A stretch of DNA of 64,000 nt, taken from positions 27,762-91,761 of the forward strand of contig JBGFSC010000026.1 in NCBI GenBank assembly GCA_041694815.1, read 5' to 3'. A program made the position numbers and the translations under genes. Origin of the DNA: Elusimicrobiota bacterium (GTDB taxonomy: Bacteria > Elusimicrobiota > Elusimicrobia > UBA1565 > JACRDR01). The notes under the pieces were generated by a model. That model saw nothing but the letters and a program-made list of their open reading frames with translations, ran no database searches and was not told where the DNA came from. Below are positions 10,065-20,479 of the stretch, piece after piece (the first letter of the stretch is position 1; each line of letters begins with the position of its first letter).

Positions 10065-10966
10065 TATTTCTTGGGAGCCGGCACCTGGTGATGGATCTCT
10101 TCGATGCATCGCAGCAGGCCCTGCCCCAGGTCGGTGTACTGCCGCCCGATCAGCTTGCGCCCCAGCCGTGGGGTGAAGGAATAGGGGGTCCGGCAGTAAT
10201 GCGTGTCGAGCCCCTTGGAGGGGTCGGCCTTCTTGAACTCGAGCCGGATGCCGCCGCCGAGCATCTCGCTGATCATCTCCATGAGCTCACGCACCTTGAT
10301 GGCCTGGTGCCCCGTGATGATGAGGTTCTGGTTGGCGTATTCCGCCGCCAGTATCTCCACCGAATAGCGCGCGGCGTCCTCGACGTGGATGTATTCGCGC
10401 GTCTCGTCGCCGCTGCCGGCGTAGCTCATGCGCCCTTCGGTGAGGGCCTGGCGGATGAGTCGGTCGACGGTGTTATCGCCCGAGGCGCGGCTGCCGTAAA
10501 GCGAGCCGAAGCGCAGGATCGTGTACTCGAGACCGTGGTAGCGGCGGTAGTTCTCGATGTAGGCCTCGCAGGCCTGCTTGGAGGCGCTGTAGAAGGAGCC
10601 CGCCTGGCTGTAGACGTAGAGCGTGCTGGCGAAAACGTAGCGTTTGACCTTGTGCTTGGCGCAGGCCTCCAGGATGACGCCGTTGCCCAGGATATTGGCG
10701 CGGATCGTCGCGAGGGGGTTCTTGTGCGCCTCCTGGAGGTCCGCGATGCCCGCGAAATTGTAGACGACCTCCGAGCCGCGCACGGCGGCCTCGACGTCCT
10801 TGTCGTTACCGATGTCGCCCACGATCACCCGCTGCCCCTTCTTGGGATAGGGCGAGGGCTTTAAGTCGAACAAGGTCACCCGGTGCCCCGTCTCGCTGAG
10901 GGCGTCGGCGACATGGCTGCCCAAGAACCCCGCTCCGCCGAAGACGACGATCTTGCGTGCATTCAT
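10064..10966 (-). CDS. NAD-dependent epimerase/dehydratase
   Basis: VFGGAGFLG, FASTLYVY, YSASK; ATG 10966. Confidence 0.88.
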   Translation of the reverse strand: MNARKIVVFGGAGFLGSHVADALSETGHRVTLFDLKPSPYPKKGQRVIVGDIGNDKDVEAAVRGSEVVYNFAGIADLQEAHKNPLATIRANILGNGVILEACAKHKVKRYVFASTLYVYSQAGSFYSASKQACEAYIENYRRYHGLEYTILRFGSLYGSRASGDNTVDRLIRQALTEGRMSYAGSGDETREYIHVEDAARYSVEILAAEYANQNLIITGHQAIKVRELMEMISEMLGGGIRLEFKKADPSKGLDTHYCRTPYSFTPRLGRKLIGRQYTDLGQGLLRCIEEIHHQVPAPKK

Positions 10967-11889
10967 AGTTCCCCCGCGCTGCGCAGTCCTTCGATGAGAT
11001 TGAGGGCAGCCTCGCGCTCCATCTGCGCGCGGCATTCTCGCGCCGCCGAGCCCATATGCGGCGTGCAGACCACGTTCGGAAAACGGAGCAACGCGCCGGA
11101 GTAGGGCTCCGGATCTAATGCGTCAAGGCCGGCGCCGGAGAGCCGGCCGGACTCGAGTGCCTCCAGCAGGGCCGCCTCGTCGACGAGCCCGCCGCGGGCG
11201 GTATTGATCAAGACGGCCCCCGGCTTTGCCCTCGAGAGCGCCTCCCGGCCGATGAGAGGCCGATCCCCCGGCGCGTGCAGCGTGATCACGTCGGAACGCT
11301 CTAGTAGCTCGGACAATGATACCCGTTGTACCCCTGGCGCCTCGAAGGGGCGGGGGTCATGCGCCAAGACCGGGCAGCCGAAGGCGCGGCAGAGCTGGGC
11401 GACGCGGCCGCCGATGCGGCCGTGCCCGACGACGCCGACCGTGCGCGTCCCCAGCAGCGCGCCCAGATGCGGTTTCCATTCACCGGACCTCAAGGCGCGG
11501 TCCGCCTCGCAGACGCGGCGCAGCACGGCGAGCATGAGGCCGACGGTCAGCTCCGCGACGGCCTGCGAGGGGGCGTCGGGCGTGTTGAAGACCCGAATGC
11601 CCCATCGCGCGGCGGCCTTAAGGTCCACGTTCTCCAGGCCGACGCCGCAGCGCGAGATCACCTTGAGATGCTCCTTGGCGCCCTCGAGCACCGCGGCCGT
11701 CAGTGGCTCCATGCCGGCCAAGAGCCCCGCCGGACGATGGGAGGAGAGCAGCTGGGCGATCTCGGCCTCGGTGAGCTTGCGTCGATGCGGGTTCTCGCGC
11801 ACCGTCAGGCCCGCGCGCAGCAGCGCCTCCTTGGAGGCCGGGTCGGCGGCGGCGAAACTGGAAGTGCTGACCAATACCGTTTTAGCCAT
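10963..11889 (-). CDS. D-isomer-specific 2-hydroxyacid dehydrogenase (phosphoglycerate-dehydrogenase-like, no ACT domain)
   Basis: ISRCGVGLENVD, GVVGHGRIG, INTARG, EP, TPHMG. Confidence 0.88.
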   Translation of the reverse strand: MAKTVLVSTSSFAAADPASKEALLRAGLTVRENPHRRKLTEAEIAQLLSSHRPAGLLAGMEPLTAAVLEGAKEHLKVISRCGVGLENVDLKAAARWGIRVFNTPDAPSQAVAELTVGLMLAVLRRVCEADRALRSGEWKPHLGALLGTRTVGVVGHGRIGGRVAQLCRAFGCPVLAHDPRPFEAPGVQRVSLSELLERSDVITLHAPGDRPLIGREALSRAKPGAVLINTARGGLVDEAALLEALESGRLSGAGLDALDPEPYSGALLRFPNVVCTPHMGSAARECRAQMEREAALNLIEGLRSAGEL

Positions 11890-12716
11890 CAGGAGATGCG
11901 TCCGGATACGCGCCAGGCGTCGAAACGATGCTCGATCTCGGAGAGCTTCTCCATGCCGGCGACGTTCATCACTTGGCGATCGGCCTGGAAATAGGACCAG
12001 AACAGGTCATCGCGGCAGGAGCTCTTGTAGCTGTCGTCGATCTTTTTCACCTCGCGCCAGCGCTTCTTCAGGAAGGACTCGGCCTCCTGGTGGAAAGCCC
12101 TGCAGCGATTGCCCTCGGGCTCGGCGGCGGCGGGCAGGCCGAGCTTGCGCCGAGTCATATTGGCGTAGGCGAGGTTGAGGTGGGCATAATCGTAATTGGC
12201 GTCGTCGAGCGCCACGACGGAGCCGTCCTTCAAAAAGCGGTCGGCGCGCTCGAGCTCCCCGCCCAGCACGTCCCAGGTGTGCTCGGAGTCGAAGAAGGCG
12301 AGGTCGACGAGCTCGCCCAGCTCGCCGAGCACCTCGATGCCCACCAAGGGAGAATGGCTGGGTCCCGGGATGAAGCGCCAGTGCTCGCTCACCGGACGGC
12401 CGAAATGCGCCGCGAAGCTCTCGCCGGCCACGCCGCGCAAGAAGGAGCCCTTGGGCCCGACGAGGTCCCAGGAGTAGAGCCGCCCCCCGTGCTTCATGGC
12501 GAAATAGAGCAGCGCGAGCGAGGAGGCGCCGGCTCCGGTCTCGATGAGCACGGGCTTCGTTTTCGGGACGAAGCGCTCGAGCAGGTCGAAGAGCGCCAGG
12601 TATTCGGAATCGGGGATCGAATTGACCCAGCGGGGAAGCATGCGCTTGACCGCGAGCAGGTACCTCGGCTCGTCTTTGGCGATCTCTTCCTTGCTGCCGA
12701 AATAAAAGTCGTACAT
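11889..12716 (-). CDS. Putative class I methyltransferase
   Basis: LIETGAGASS, DLAFFDSEH, VALDD pattern. Confidence 0.6.
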   Translation of the reverse strand: MYDFYFGSKEEIAKDEPRYLLAVKRMLPRWVNSIPDSEYLALFDLLERFVPKTKPVLIETGAGASSLALLYFAMKHGGRLYSWDLVGPKGSFLRGVAGESFAAHFGRPVSEHWRFIPGPSHSPLVGIEVLGELGELVDLAFFDSEHTWDVLGGELERADRFLKDGSVVALDDANYDYAHLNLAYANMTRRKLGLPAAAEPEGNRCRAFHQEAESFLKKRWREVKKIDDSYKSSCRDDLFWSYFQADRQVMNVAGMEKLSEIEHRFDAWRVSGRIS

Positions 12717-12722
12717 GTTTTC

Positions 12723-13463
12723 CTACAACCAGTCCCCGCCGCTGACGGCGATCGACTGCCCCGTGATGTAGCCGGCCCGTTCCGAGGCGAGATAGGCGAT
12801 GAGCTCGGCGACCTCCGCCGGGGTCCCGGGGCGCTTTAATGGCACGAGCGACGCCCTCTGGCGCATCTGCCGCGCGTCTTTCTTGAGCCGCACGGTGTGG
12901 AACTCGGTGTCGATGAAGCCCGGGCAGACCGCGTTGACGAGTATTCCCTTCGGGGCTCCCGCTCTCGCCAGGCCCTTGGCGAGGCATTCGATCCCCGCCT
13001 TCGCGACGCCATAGGCGATGGTCGAAGGCCCTCCCCCATGCGCCGCCGAGGCGGTGCCGGTCAGGATCACGCGCCCGCCCGCCTTCATGCGGGCCATGGC
13101 CTCGCGGGCTAAAAAGAACGGGACGGTGAGATTGGTGTCGAGATCGGAGCGCCACTGCTCGGGCGTGACCTCGAAGGGCCCCGCCGGGGTGATGCCTCCC
13201 GAAAGCTGGACGAGCACGTCGATGCCGCCGGCCCAGCGCACGAACTCCTTGACTAAGGCCACGGCCCCGGCGGGCTTAGAGAGATCGGCCCCGAAGGCCT
13301 TGATCTCGGCCGGCCCGCGGGTCGAGTCGAGGGCCTTTTGGAGCGCCTTCCGGCCGCGGAAGTAATGGGCCCCGAGGCGGCCCGGGCTTTCGGACAAGGT
13401 CTTGAGCAGCTCGCGGCCTATCCCGCCGCTGGCCCCCGCGATGAGCACACGGGAAACGCTCAT
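12723..13463 (-). CDS. SDR-family oxidoreductase
   Basis: IAGASGGIG, YGVAK, VNAVCPGFIDT, YITGQ; ATG 13463. Confidence 0.9.
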   Translation of the reverse strand: MSVSRVLIAGASGGIGRELLKTLSESPGRLGAHYFRGRKALQKALDSTRGPAEIKAFGADLSKPAGAVALVKEFVRWAGGIDVLVQLSGGITPAGPFEVTPEQWRSDLDTNLTVPFFLAREAMARMKAGGRVILTGTASAAHGGGPSTIAYGVAKAGIECLAKGLARAGAPKGILVNAVCPGFIDTEFHTVRLKKDARQMRQRASLVPLKRPGTPAEVAELIAYLASERAGYITGQSIAVSGGDWL

Positions 13464-14278
13464 GCGCTCACGCCTCCCAGGTAATGGAGCTTGAGGGCCT
13501 CGACGCCGCGCCGGATGGCGCCCTTCGGGTCCGCGGGGTCGCGACGCATCTCCAGGCTGACGAACCCGCCATAGCCGCTTTTTTGCAGCGCGCGGCCGAT
13601 GGGGGCGTGATCGATGCCCTTGGACCCCGGCTCCGAGAGCCCGGGGTCGGAGGTCTGCACGTGCATGAGCATCTCGCGGTATTTCGAGAACGCGGAGAAG
13701 TCCTCCCGGTTCTCGGCCATCGCCCTTCCGTCGAGCTCCAGGCGGAAATGGGGGTGATCGGCGCGGCGGACCAGCTCGGCGCCCTCCTCCGCCGACACGA
13801 TGAAGTCGGTCTCGGCGGGGGTTAGGGGCTCGATGAGCATGAAGACCCCGAAGGAGCCGGCCCCGCGGCCGGCCTCGTGGAAAAAATCGGCGGCGATGGA
13901 GAGGGCTTCCTCGCGGGGCAGCGCGCCTCGGCGCCGGCAAGGCGGGGAGCCGAACACCAGGGTCCGTCCACCGAGATCCCGGCATAGCTCGCACATCCGG
14001 AGCAGATAGTCGAGCGCCTGCCTCCGGCGGCCCTCGCTTTCAAAGAGGGTCAAGTCGCGGCGGGTAAACAGCAAGGCGTGCAGGCCGACCGCCGCGAGAC
14101 CCTCGGATTCCAGTCTGGCGCGAGCTTCCCTGCGCTGGGCCGCGGTGCTTTCGGCCGGCTCGGGCCATAGGAGGCTGGGAGCTAGCTCGACTCCGTCGAC
14201 CCCCAGTTCGCGGAGCAGGCGCAGGTTGCCCTCGAGGTCGCCGCCGGCCCAGGCGATGTTGGAGACGGCGAGCTTCAC
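13460..14278 (-). CDS. Sugar-phosphate isomerase/epimerase (xylose-isomerase-like TIM barrel)
   Basis: KLAVSNIAW, GVELAP, LVFGSP, IEP, VSLEM; GTG 14278 overlaps upstream stop. Confidence 0.8.
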   Translation of the reverse strand: MKLAVSNIAWAGGDLEGNLRLLRELGVDGVELAPSLLWPEPAESTAAQRREARARLESEGLAAVGLHALLFTRRDLTLFESEGRRRQALDYLLRMCELCRDLGGRTLVFGSPPCRRRGALPREEALSIAADFFHEAGRGAGSFGVFMLIEPLTPAETDFIVSAEEGAELVRRADHPHFRLELDGRAMAENREDFSAFSKYREMLMHVQTSDPGLSEPGSKGIDHAPIGRALQKSGYGGFVSLEMRRDPADPKGAIRRGVEALKLHYLGGVSA

Positions 14279-15042
14279 GCGGCCCCCCGCGCGGATTCGG
14301 CGGGCTCCGTAAAGCCGTGCTTGCGCAGCCAGTATTCGACTCCCGGCACCTGCCATTCGTAATCGATGTCGCAGCCGCCCCATTGCTTGATCGGGAGTAT
14401 CTTGCGGCCCATCCATTTCTGGGGCAGAAGGCCTTCCTGCATGCGGTCCATGCAGCGGGGCCGCACGACGGAGAGGCCCATGTCGGCGAACCACACGTCG
14501 CCCTGCGAGTCGCGGTCGCAATTGAGGGTCTTGGGATCGCCGAAGGTCTTCAGCGGGACGAAAGGGTCGAGAAAGCCGTCCTTGTTCTCGCGCCGCGCGC
14601 GCAGGGGGCTCCACATGTTGTAGCGCGAGACGCTCACCGCCGAATCGGCCTCCGGCCGGGCGCGGAGGGCCTCGATGGCGCGGTCGATGAGCTCGCCGGA
14701 GACTGTCGCCGCGTTGCAGAAGAGCAGCACGAGCATCTCAAGAGAGGATTTTTCCGACTTAAGCTCCTCGGCGATCACTCGGTAGCCGTGCAGGAAGGCG
14801 TCCTCGCCTAAGGCCTGCGGCGTGCAGAGCTCGGGGGGGCGCGGGATGATGCGCGCGCCGTGCTCGCGGGCGATCTTCTGGATGGATGGGGAATCGGTGG
14901 AAACGTAGACGCGGGCTACGGATTTCGAGGCCTTGGCCGCCAAGAGAGGGTAGCTCATCAGCGGCCGGCCCAGGACCGGGGCGGTGTTTTTTCCGGGATA
15001 TCCCGTCGAGCCGTCTCGGCCCAGCATCAAGGCGCAGATCAT
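14275..15042 (-). CDS. Cytidylyltransferase (NeuA/KdsB-like CMP-ulosonate synthetase family)
   Basis: GRDGSTGYPGKN, YVSTDS, RPPEL, DIDY. Confidence 0.85.
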   Translation of the reverse strand: MICALMLGRDGSTGYPGKNTAPVLGRPLMSYPLLAAKASKSVARVYVSTDSPSIQKIAREHGARIIPRPPELCTPQALGEDAFLHGYRVIAEELKSEKSSLEMLVLLFCNAATVSGELIDRAIEALRARPEADSAVSVSRYNMWSPLRARRENKDGFLDPFVPLKTFGDPKTLNCDRDSQGDVWFADMGLSVVRPRCMDRMQEGLLPQKWMGRKILPIKQWGGCDIDYEWQVPGVEYWLRKHGFTEPAESARGAA

Positions 15043-15066
15043 GAATCAGCGAATTTTATCAAATTT

Positions 15067-15083
15067 TGTTCAAGAATTGAACA
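15067..15083. promoter_or_regulatory. Palindromic operator candidate TGTTCA-AGAAT-TGAACA (copy 2)
   Basis: In the AT-rich gap before the cytidylyltransferase, over the -35 region of a minus-strand TG-a-TAAAAT extended -10. Confidence 0.7.
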
Positions 15084-15091
15084 CCTAAAAT

Positions 15092-16585
15092 TTAAGAGGC
15101 GACCGGTTCCTGCGTAAACCGAGTCGGGAGCCCGGGAGGATCGGTGTCGCCCCACCAGCGCTTATAAATGTACGATAGAATCCCGAGCCAAAGCAGGGCC
15201 AGGAATGCCAGACGAGAGGCGGCGGCGGCATGCCAGGGGGTATCCGGCGCGTAGCGAAAGGGACCGATCTGCATCAGCGCATGCTGGCCCAACCCGATTG
15301 TCAATAAAAATATAAGCCAGGAATAGAAACGGACAGCCTTTTCTATTGGCGCATTCTTGAAAAGGTAAGGATGGAGTAGGGCAAAGCCGACGACCGTAAT
15401 AGTCAGTTGCGAGAGGACGCTGGACCAGGCGATCCCGATGAGATCCCAACGGGTTACAAACAGCGCTCCCAACGCCACGTTGATTACGATTCCGGACGCT
15501 TGCACCAAGAGATAGGTGTTCTGACGGTTCACGAGCGAGGAGGTCAATATCATGAAAGGCAAAAGTGGAGCGGTCAAGCACATAAGATTTAGCGAAAGCA
15601 CATCGAAGACGCCCACTCCGTCCAAGAAGGACGGAGTAAAGTTAGCCACAAACGGATGAAAAGCCGTTTGCGCCAATCCTGATCCGACGGCCGTCGTGGC
15701 CACGATGAGCAGCGAAATTCGTTCGATCTGGTGAACGAACGGCTTGAGATTGCCTTCTCGTCCGATCTCGGACAATAGGTTAGCTTGCAGTACATTAAGA
15801 AAGTCGGAGATGAACTGGCATCCCTGATTGATGAACAGCATGGCGAAGGTAAACAGTCCGAGATGTTCTAACGGCAGCCAGGCGGCTACCATCGCGCGAT
15901 CGCAGGCGCGAAAACCCCAATACAATACGCCCACGAGGGATAGGGGCAATCCAATGCGGAAGAGGCGTCTGAGTTCAACGGTATCCCATGCCGGCCGAAA
16001 ATCAATCCCCTTTATATACCCATAGAAAATCAGGGCCGCGATGGAAGCGAGGGTGGGGCCGAGCAGCACGCCGTATAGTCCCAAGTAAAAAGCACCGGCG
16101 GCTATTAAAAGGGGCTGCGCGACACGTATGATGAAGTTGGCGCGGAATATAGCGCTAAAACGTTGGTGCGCCCATTGCATGGTGTCGGTGAATTGGTAGA
16201 GCGAATTGGCCACGAAGGACAACGCCGTAAGAGCGACCGGCAGGCGAAGGCTCGGGTGTCGTACGGCGTAGGCGGCTAGAGCCAGCAGAGGCACGACGAG
16301 GAAAAGGCGTTCGGCCGTCTGAGCCACATGGCTGATGTGCCTGGCTTCTTCGTCTTTTCCCTCCCCGAGCAGGTGAAGCGTCTCCCGGTAGGCGGCCTGG
16401 AGTATGCCCGGACGGCAAAGCCCGGCATAGAGTAACCAGAGTTGCGTAAGGCCGACCACGCCGAGCGCTTCCGGGCCAAGCCTCCGCGCGACGACAATAT
16501 TGGCGAGGGCCATGAGTACGCCACCGATGACATTAATACCAGAGAGCTTTGAGGACGATCGGAAGATGGTTCGGACGCTCAGCAT
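15092..16585 (-). CDS. Wzx-like oligosaccharide flippase
   Basis: 497 aa, many hydrophobic segments, ARRLGPEALG N-terminal pattern, glycan locus context. Confidence 0.8.
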   Translation of the reverse strand: MLSVRTIFRSSSKLSGINVIGGVLMALANIVVARRLGPEALGVVGLTQLWLLYAGLCRPGILQAAYRETLHLLGEGKDEEARHISHVAQTAERLFLVVPLLALAAYAVRHPSLRLPVALTALSFVANSLYQFTDTMQWAHQRFSAIFRANFIIRVAQPLLIAAGAFYLGLYGVLLGPTLASIAALIFYGYIKGIDFRPAWDTVELRRLFRIGLPLSLVGVLYWGFRACDRAMVAAWLPLEHLGLFTFAMLFINQGCQFISDFLNVLQANLLSEIGREGNLKPFVHQIERISLLIVATTAVGSGLAQTAFHPFVANFTPSFLDGVGVFDVLSLNLMCLTAPLLPFMILTSSLVNRQNTYLLVQASGIVINVALGALFVTRWDLIGIAWSSVLSQLTITVVGFALLHPYLFKNAPIEKAVRFYSWLIFLLTIGLGQHALMQIGPFRYAPDTPWHAAAASRLAFLALLWLGILSYIYKRWWGDTDPPGLPTRFTQEPVAS

Positions 16586-18321
16586 GACAAAAACCGTGTG
16601 CTTTCACCCCTGGATTGTGTCTCCTGTCTGTTGTCGCGCAATATTTCGCGCACGACCGTGACGGCACGCTCACCGGCGCGTCCATCAGCAAGCCCGGTCC
16701 ATGCGCTCAAAAAGGAATCATAATCGACCGGGACGGGCTGTCGTATCCCCTCGGCCAAGGCCGGCGCGAGTGCCTCGATAGTTTCGTAGGCCGGCACGCC
16801 GCAATGCCCATCGAAAGGGGGAGCCGTTGGCAGCCTCCCGAAGTTCGTGACGAAAATCCGTCGCTTGCAGGCCATCGCTTCGGCGAGTGCCGTCGATGTC
16901 GAGCCGACGACGATATGTGACTGCCGCAAGAGATCGGCGAACGGCGCGTCTTTTACGAGACGGACGCGTGGGCCCAGCCGACCGCGTAATGTCTCACGGT
17001 AGGCGACGAGATGGTCGCCGCCATGCAATTTTACGAGGACTTTGGTATCGGGAAGTTTTAAGAGCAAGTCGACAAGCGGTCCGATATTCTGTTCGATGGG
17101 CAGCAGGTTAGCGAGGATGATTACGCAGACCGGCGGGGCTGGCGGCCACGGACTCCCTTTGACGTACGGGTCAAGGGATAGCAGACCTGTTACATGAATG
17201 CGGCGCCTGGGAACCCCGATCGCCGCATATTTGTCTGCCATAGACGGGCCTCCGACCAGCAGGTCGGTCGCGTGGGTATCCAGCATTTCGTGCAAGGGGG
17301 TTCCGATCACTCCATGGAGCGCGAGGATCGAGGGGATGCTCCTGCGCCGCGTCTCCCCTAGCAAGAGGCGTTCAGGGGGAGGCGAGTCAAAAGCCACGAT
17401 GGCGAGCGCGGGGCGCCAATCGTCCAACGCTGATCTCAAGCGCACCAGCTCTGTCGCTACCTGCGGGATGTCGCGCATAAAGACATCGTCAAGGGCGGCG
17501 CGACAGTCCGGCCAGAGGTCTATATCGCCGAATCTAAAACGAGCCGCGTATTCTCGGGATTCCGCAAGTCGCCTCCAAGTCCCGGAGATCATTTCTAGCT
17601 TGGAAACCTGCCCAGCGGTCAAGGCCTGTTCCGGAGCGGTCAGGAAGCGCCAGCGGAGGAGGCTGGATTTCAGCCTTCTGATCCCGGGCCATGCATAATA
17701 AGAGAGCTCAAGATCGGACGAAGAATTCAGAGAGGCAATGAGAGGTTCGAGCGACGGGTAATAAGAGCATAGTATTCTCGCACCGCCGGACTTTCGGGCG
17801 AGCAAGTCGAGAAAACGGCGCGCATGCGCGTGTTCGGAAAGTGGCCACCGGCACATTGCCGTTAGAGAGGGACGCCCGGGTCCGGCCATGACGGGCTCTT
17901 CGAGGGGGATACGGAGGCGCTCAGAGACGTTCCGTACGGAGGCCGCACGGTGGGCTGGCACGCCTCGGTCTATGATTATTCTCTTCGGATGATACCGGCG
18001 AATTAGTGCATCGACTTCACGCGCCAGGTGCAGAGCGGGTCCTATTCGAAAAGGCCATATGAATTCTTCGAGAGCCCATCCGAGGGAAAGGCCTTCAAAT
18101 ATCGTGAAGTCATTGCCATCCCCGTCACGATAGAAATCTCTTGAGAGTAGGCGGGAGGTGTGAAGGCAATCTTGCGGGTATAGCCAGGGGCGTTCACTGA
18201 GTAGGGCCGCCTCGATCCCCAGGCGGCGCGCGTTAACGAGTGTCAGATCATCGGGACAAATGGCGACGATTCCGCGGGCATGCCCCTTAGGTGCTCGGGA
18301 TAAAAAATGGAGCTCCATCAT
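16579..18321 (-). CDS. GT-B-like capsule/surface polysaccharide protein, candidate nonulosonate transferase
   Basis: ALHG, IHVTG, VKLH, STSTALAEAM, ADGRAGER patterns; SD GGAGG before ATG 18321. Confidence 0.55.
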   Translation of the reverse strand: MMELHFLSRAPKGHARGIVAICPDDLTLVNARRLGIEAALLSERPWLYPQDCLHTSRLLSRDFYRDGDGNDFTIFEGLSLGWALEEFIWPFRIGPALHLAREVDALIRRYHPKRIIIDRGVPAHRAASVRNVSERLRIPLEEPVMAGPGRPSLTAMCRWPLSEHAHARRFLDLLARKSGGARILCSYYPSLEPLIASLNSSSDLELSYYAWPGIRRLKSSLLRWRFLTAPEQALTAGQVSKLEMISGTWRRLAESREYAARFRFGDIDLWPDCRAALDDVFMRDIPQVATELVRLRSALDDWRPALAIVAFDSPPPERLLLGETRRRSIPSILALHGVIGTPLHEMLDTHATDLLVGGPSMADKYAAIGVPRRRIHVTGLLSLDPYVKGSPWPPAPPVCVIILANLLPIEQNIGPLVDLLLKLPDTKVLVKLHGGDHLVAYRETLRGRLGPRVRLVKDAPFADLLRQSHIVVGSTSTALAEAMACKRRIFVTNFGRLPTAPPFDGHCGVPAYETIEALAPALAEGIRQPVPVDYDSFLSAWTGLADGRAGERAVTVVREILRDNRQETQSRGESTRFLSC

Positions 18322-19787
18322 GCCCTCCAGAAGTATTCCAGGCATGAGCGGCCCTTGTGCTGTGTTTTCGAGCCAAACTGATAGCCGGCCTTGGAGAATA
18401 TCCGGATGGATGCCTTATTTTTAGGTAGGATCCGCGCCCGGATCTGTCGCGCTCCGAGTGCTCGACAAGCGAGCCGAGAGGTTTGCCTCAGCAATTTTGT
18501 GCCGACGCCGCGGCCACTAAATGCGGCCGCCACGCTAATGGAGACGTCAGCGGTCCGAGAATCATGGACTTCGTAGCGTGCCTGCCCGATCACGGTGCCG
18601 TCAAGCTCCATGAGCCATATGCGGCAGTCCCTGGAGCCCAGGGTCCTCCGATACCAGCGACGGTGCGTTTGAATAGGGATAGGATTTTTTGAAAACGATG
18701 TCGCCCGTGACCAAGGATGGTTCGAAAGATGCCAGATCGCGGCCGAATCCTCCTCGCGGGCCAAACGGATACGCGCGTCTATTGGCCTATCCTCTGAGAG
18801 CGCCTTCATGAGTCTGACGACCCGCAGAGCGCCCTGACCATCGACAAAGCGCCGTCCATTATGAGAAAGTCGGCGACGGAGAGAAACATCATGCAACAAG
18901 CGTTTGACCGCAAGGGCGAAAGCGCCTCGTCTGAGCCTGGAATATCCGGGCAGGACCAGCGCCGCGCCGATGTCTTTAAGCGCTCGGGTGACGACCAGCT
19001 GATTTTCGGTAACGGCGCATAGGATGGAAGGGATTCCCATGCGAGCAAGTTCAAGCGCAGTTCCCCCGGCGGCGGATACCCCGATATCCGTCCAACGGAA
19101 AAAGGGCGCCAAATTCGCCGGAGACCACGCAATACGCACACGGTGATGCGATTGTGCCGCGAGTCGCGCGAGAAACTCCCGGCGTGGATTTGACGAGCCT
19201 ACAATAAGGCAGATATTGAGTCGCGGCCGGATGCCATTAAGTTCCGCTAGCGTTCTCCCCATCAAATTTTTGACATCGCTTCCGCCAGCGGTCACGAGCA
19301 CGCGATCAGGATGGGCGCGGAATGCTCCGGGCCGGGAGGTCCAGAATTCAGGCCGTAATAGGGCATAGCGGACACCCGCCAACAGCGTCCCAAAGGGCAG
19401 CACATAACCGGACCACTGAGAGCCTTCATTCTGATCCACCACTAGATCGGCTGGGTACTGACTCCTAATCGGCGCGTCCGCAAGCACGAGCAGGCGGGCG
19501 CCGCGTCGGCGCAGGGCCAGCGGATATGCTGATGGGAAGTGATACCCATCCAAGACGATCCAGCCCTCCGCCGGGACCCATCGGGTCGATAGCGCTCTGC
19601 GCAGGGAGCAAAGGCGAAAACCTTCCGCATGCAGGCGCCGCCTTAGGGCGGCGGGCATCCGGTGGCTATAAAAGACAACGCGCCCGCCAAAGGCCCTCCA
19701 TGCGTGCGCCAAGGCCAGGCAACGGAATACATGGCCGTGTCCGATCGCCTCCGAGGCGTCGGCTCGAATCGAAAGCAGGGGCTTCAC
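18318..19787 (-). CDS. pseG: PseG-like UDP-sugar hydrolase fused to GNAT (PseH-like) acetyltransferase
   Basis: IRADASEAIGHGHVFRC, YALLRPEF, GGSD, NQ, DGQG; C-terminal GRGVG...NKAS...F.KAGY; GTG 19787. Confidence 0.8.
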   Translation of the reverse strand: MKPLLSIRADASEAIGHGHVFRCLALAHAWRAFGGRVVFYSHRMPAALRRRLHAEGFRLCSLRRALSTRWVPAEGWIVLDGYHFPSAYPLALRRRGARLLVLADAPIRSQYPADLVVDQNEGSQWSGYVLPFGTLLAGVRYALLRPEFWTSRPGAFRAHPDRVLVTAGGSDVKNLMGRTLAELNGIRPRLNICLIVGSSNPRREFLARLAAQSHHRVRIAWSPANLAPFFRWTDIGVSAAGGTALELARMGIPSILCAVTENQLVVTRALKDIGAALVLPGYSRLRRGAFALAVKRLLHDVSLRRRLSHNGRRFVDGQGALRVVRLMKALSEDRPIDARIRLAREEDSAAIWHLSNHPWSRATSFSKNPIPIQTHRRWYRRTLGSRDCRIWLMELDGTVIGQARYEVHDSRTADVSISVAAAFSGRGVGTKLLRQTSRLACRALGARQIRARILPKNKASIRIFSKAGYQFGSKTQHKGRSCLEYFWRA

Positions 19788-20479
19788 GCCGGCGTGAGCC
19801 GCTTGACCGCTTCGAGAGTCTCTCGATAAGGAGGAACTCGCTCGCCGAGTTTCAGGGCTCGGTAAATCCTTCGCATCTGCTCCATATCCTCCGCCGTATC
19901 GACAACCCATCGGAGATGCGAGTTATTCTCACCGTCTTCCACGGAGTGCGTAATGAAGCGGTCGGGTCTTTCATGCAGGATGTGCCAGGTCACGTGCTCG
20001 CGCGATTCTTTGGAGGTCGCGGTCTGGTCCAGGATGAGCAGAACGCGTGTCCATAGGGCTTCGCTGTCAAGTCCTTTGGGGTAGGTGCGTCGAATGACAT
20101 TGGAGCAGTACTCCACTTCCTTATGCGCCTCCAACGCCTCGACGGTGCTATCTACGATTTCGGGATCGATTAGCGGACAATCCGCCGTGAGACGGACCAC
20201 GAGGTCGGCCTTCGACTCCCGCGCCGCGGCGGCGTAGCGGCCGAGAACATCGCTTTCGCTTCCGCGGAACCAACGCGCACCTTCCTTTTTCGCAACCCCT
20301 ACGATCGCGTCGTCACGCGAATCCGTGGTGGTAGCCACGACCAGCTCATCGATCCGAGTGCATCTCTTTAGACGACGCAATTGCTGTTCAAGCATGGGCC
20401 GCCCTTCCAAATCCATCAGAACTTTCCCGGGAAGCCGCGTGGAACCCATGCGAGCCTGAAGAATAGCCACTCTCCTCAT
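19784..20479 (-). CDS. SpsF/PseF-like cytidylyltransferase
   Basis: QARMGSTRLPGKVL, RGSESDVL, RLTADCP, REHVT. Confidence 0.88.
   Translation of the reverse strand: MRRVAILQARMGSTRLPGKVLMDLEGRPMLEQQLRRLKRCTRIDELVVATTTDSRDDAIVGVAKKEGARWFRGSESDVLGRYAAAARESKADLVVRLTADCPLIDPEIVDSTVEALEAHKEVEYCSNVIRRTYPKGLDSEALWTRVLLILDQTATSKESREHVTWHILHERPDRFITHSVEDGENNSHLRWVVDTAEDMEQMRRIYRALKLGERVPPYRETLEAVKRLTPA

Noticed and set aside
10963..11889. Housekeeping serA
   Set aside because: No regulatory ACT domain and coupled within sugar genes.
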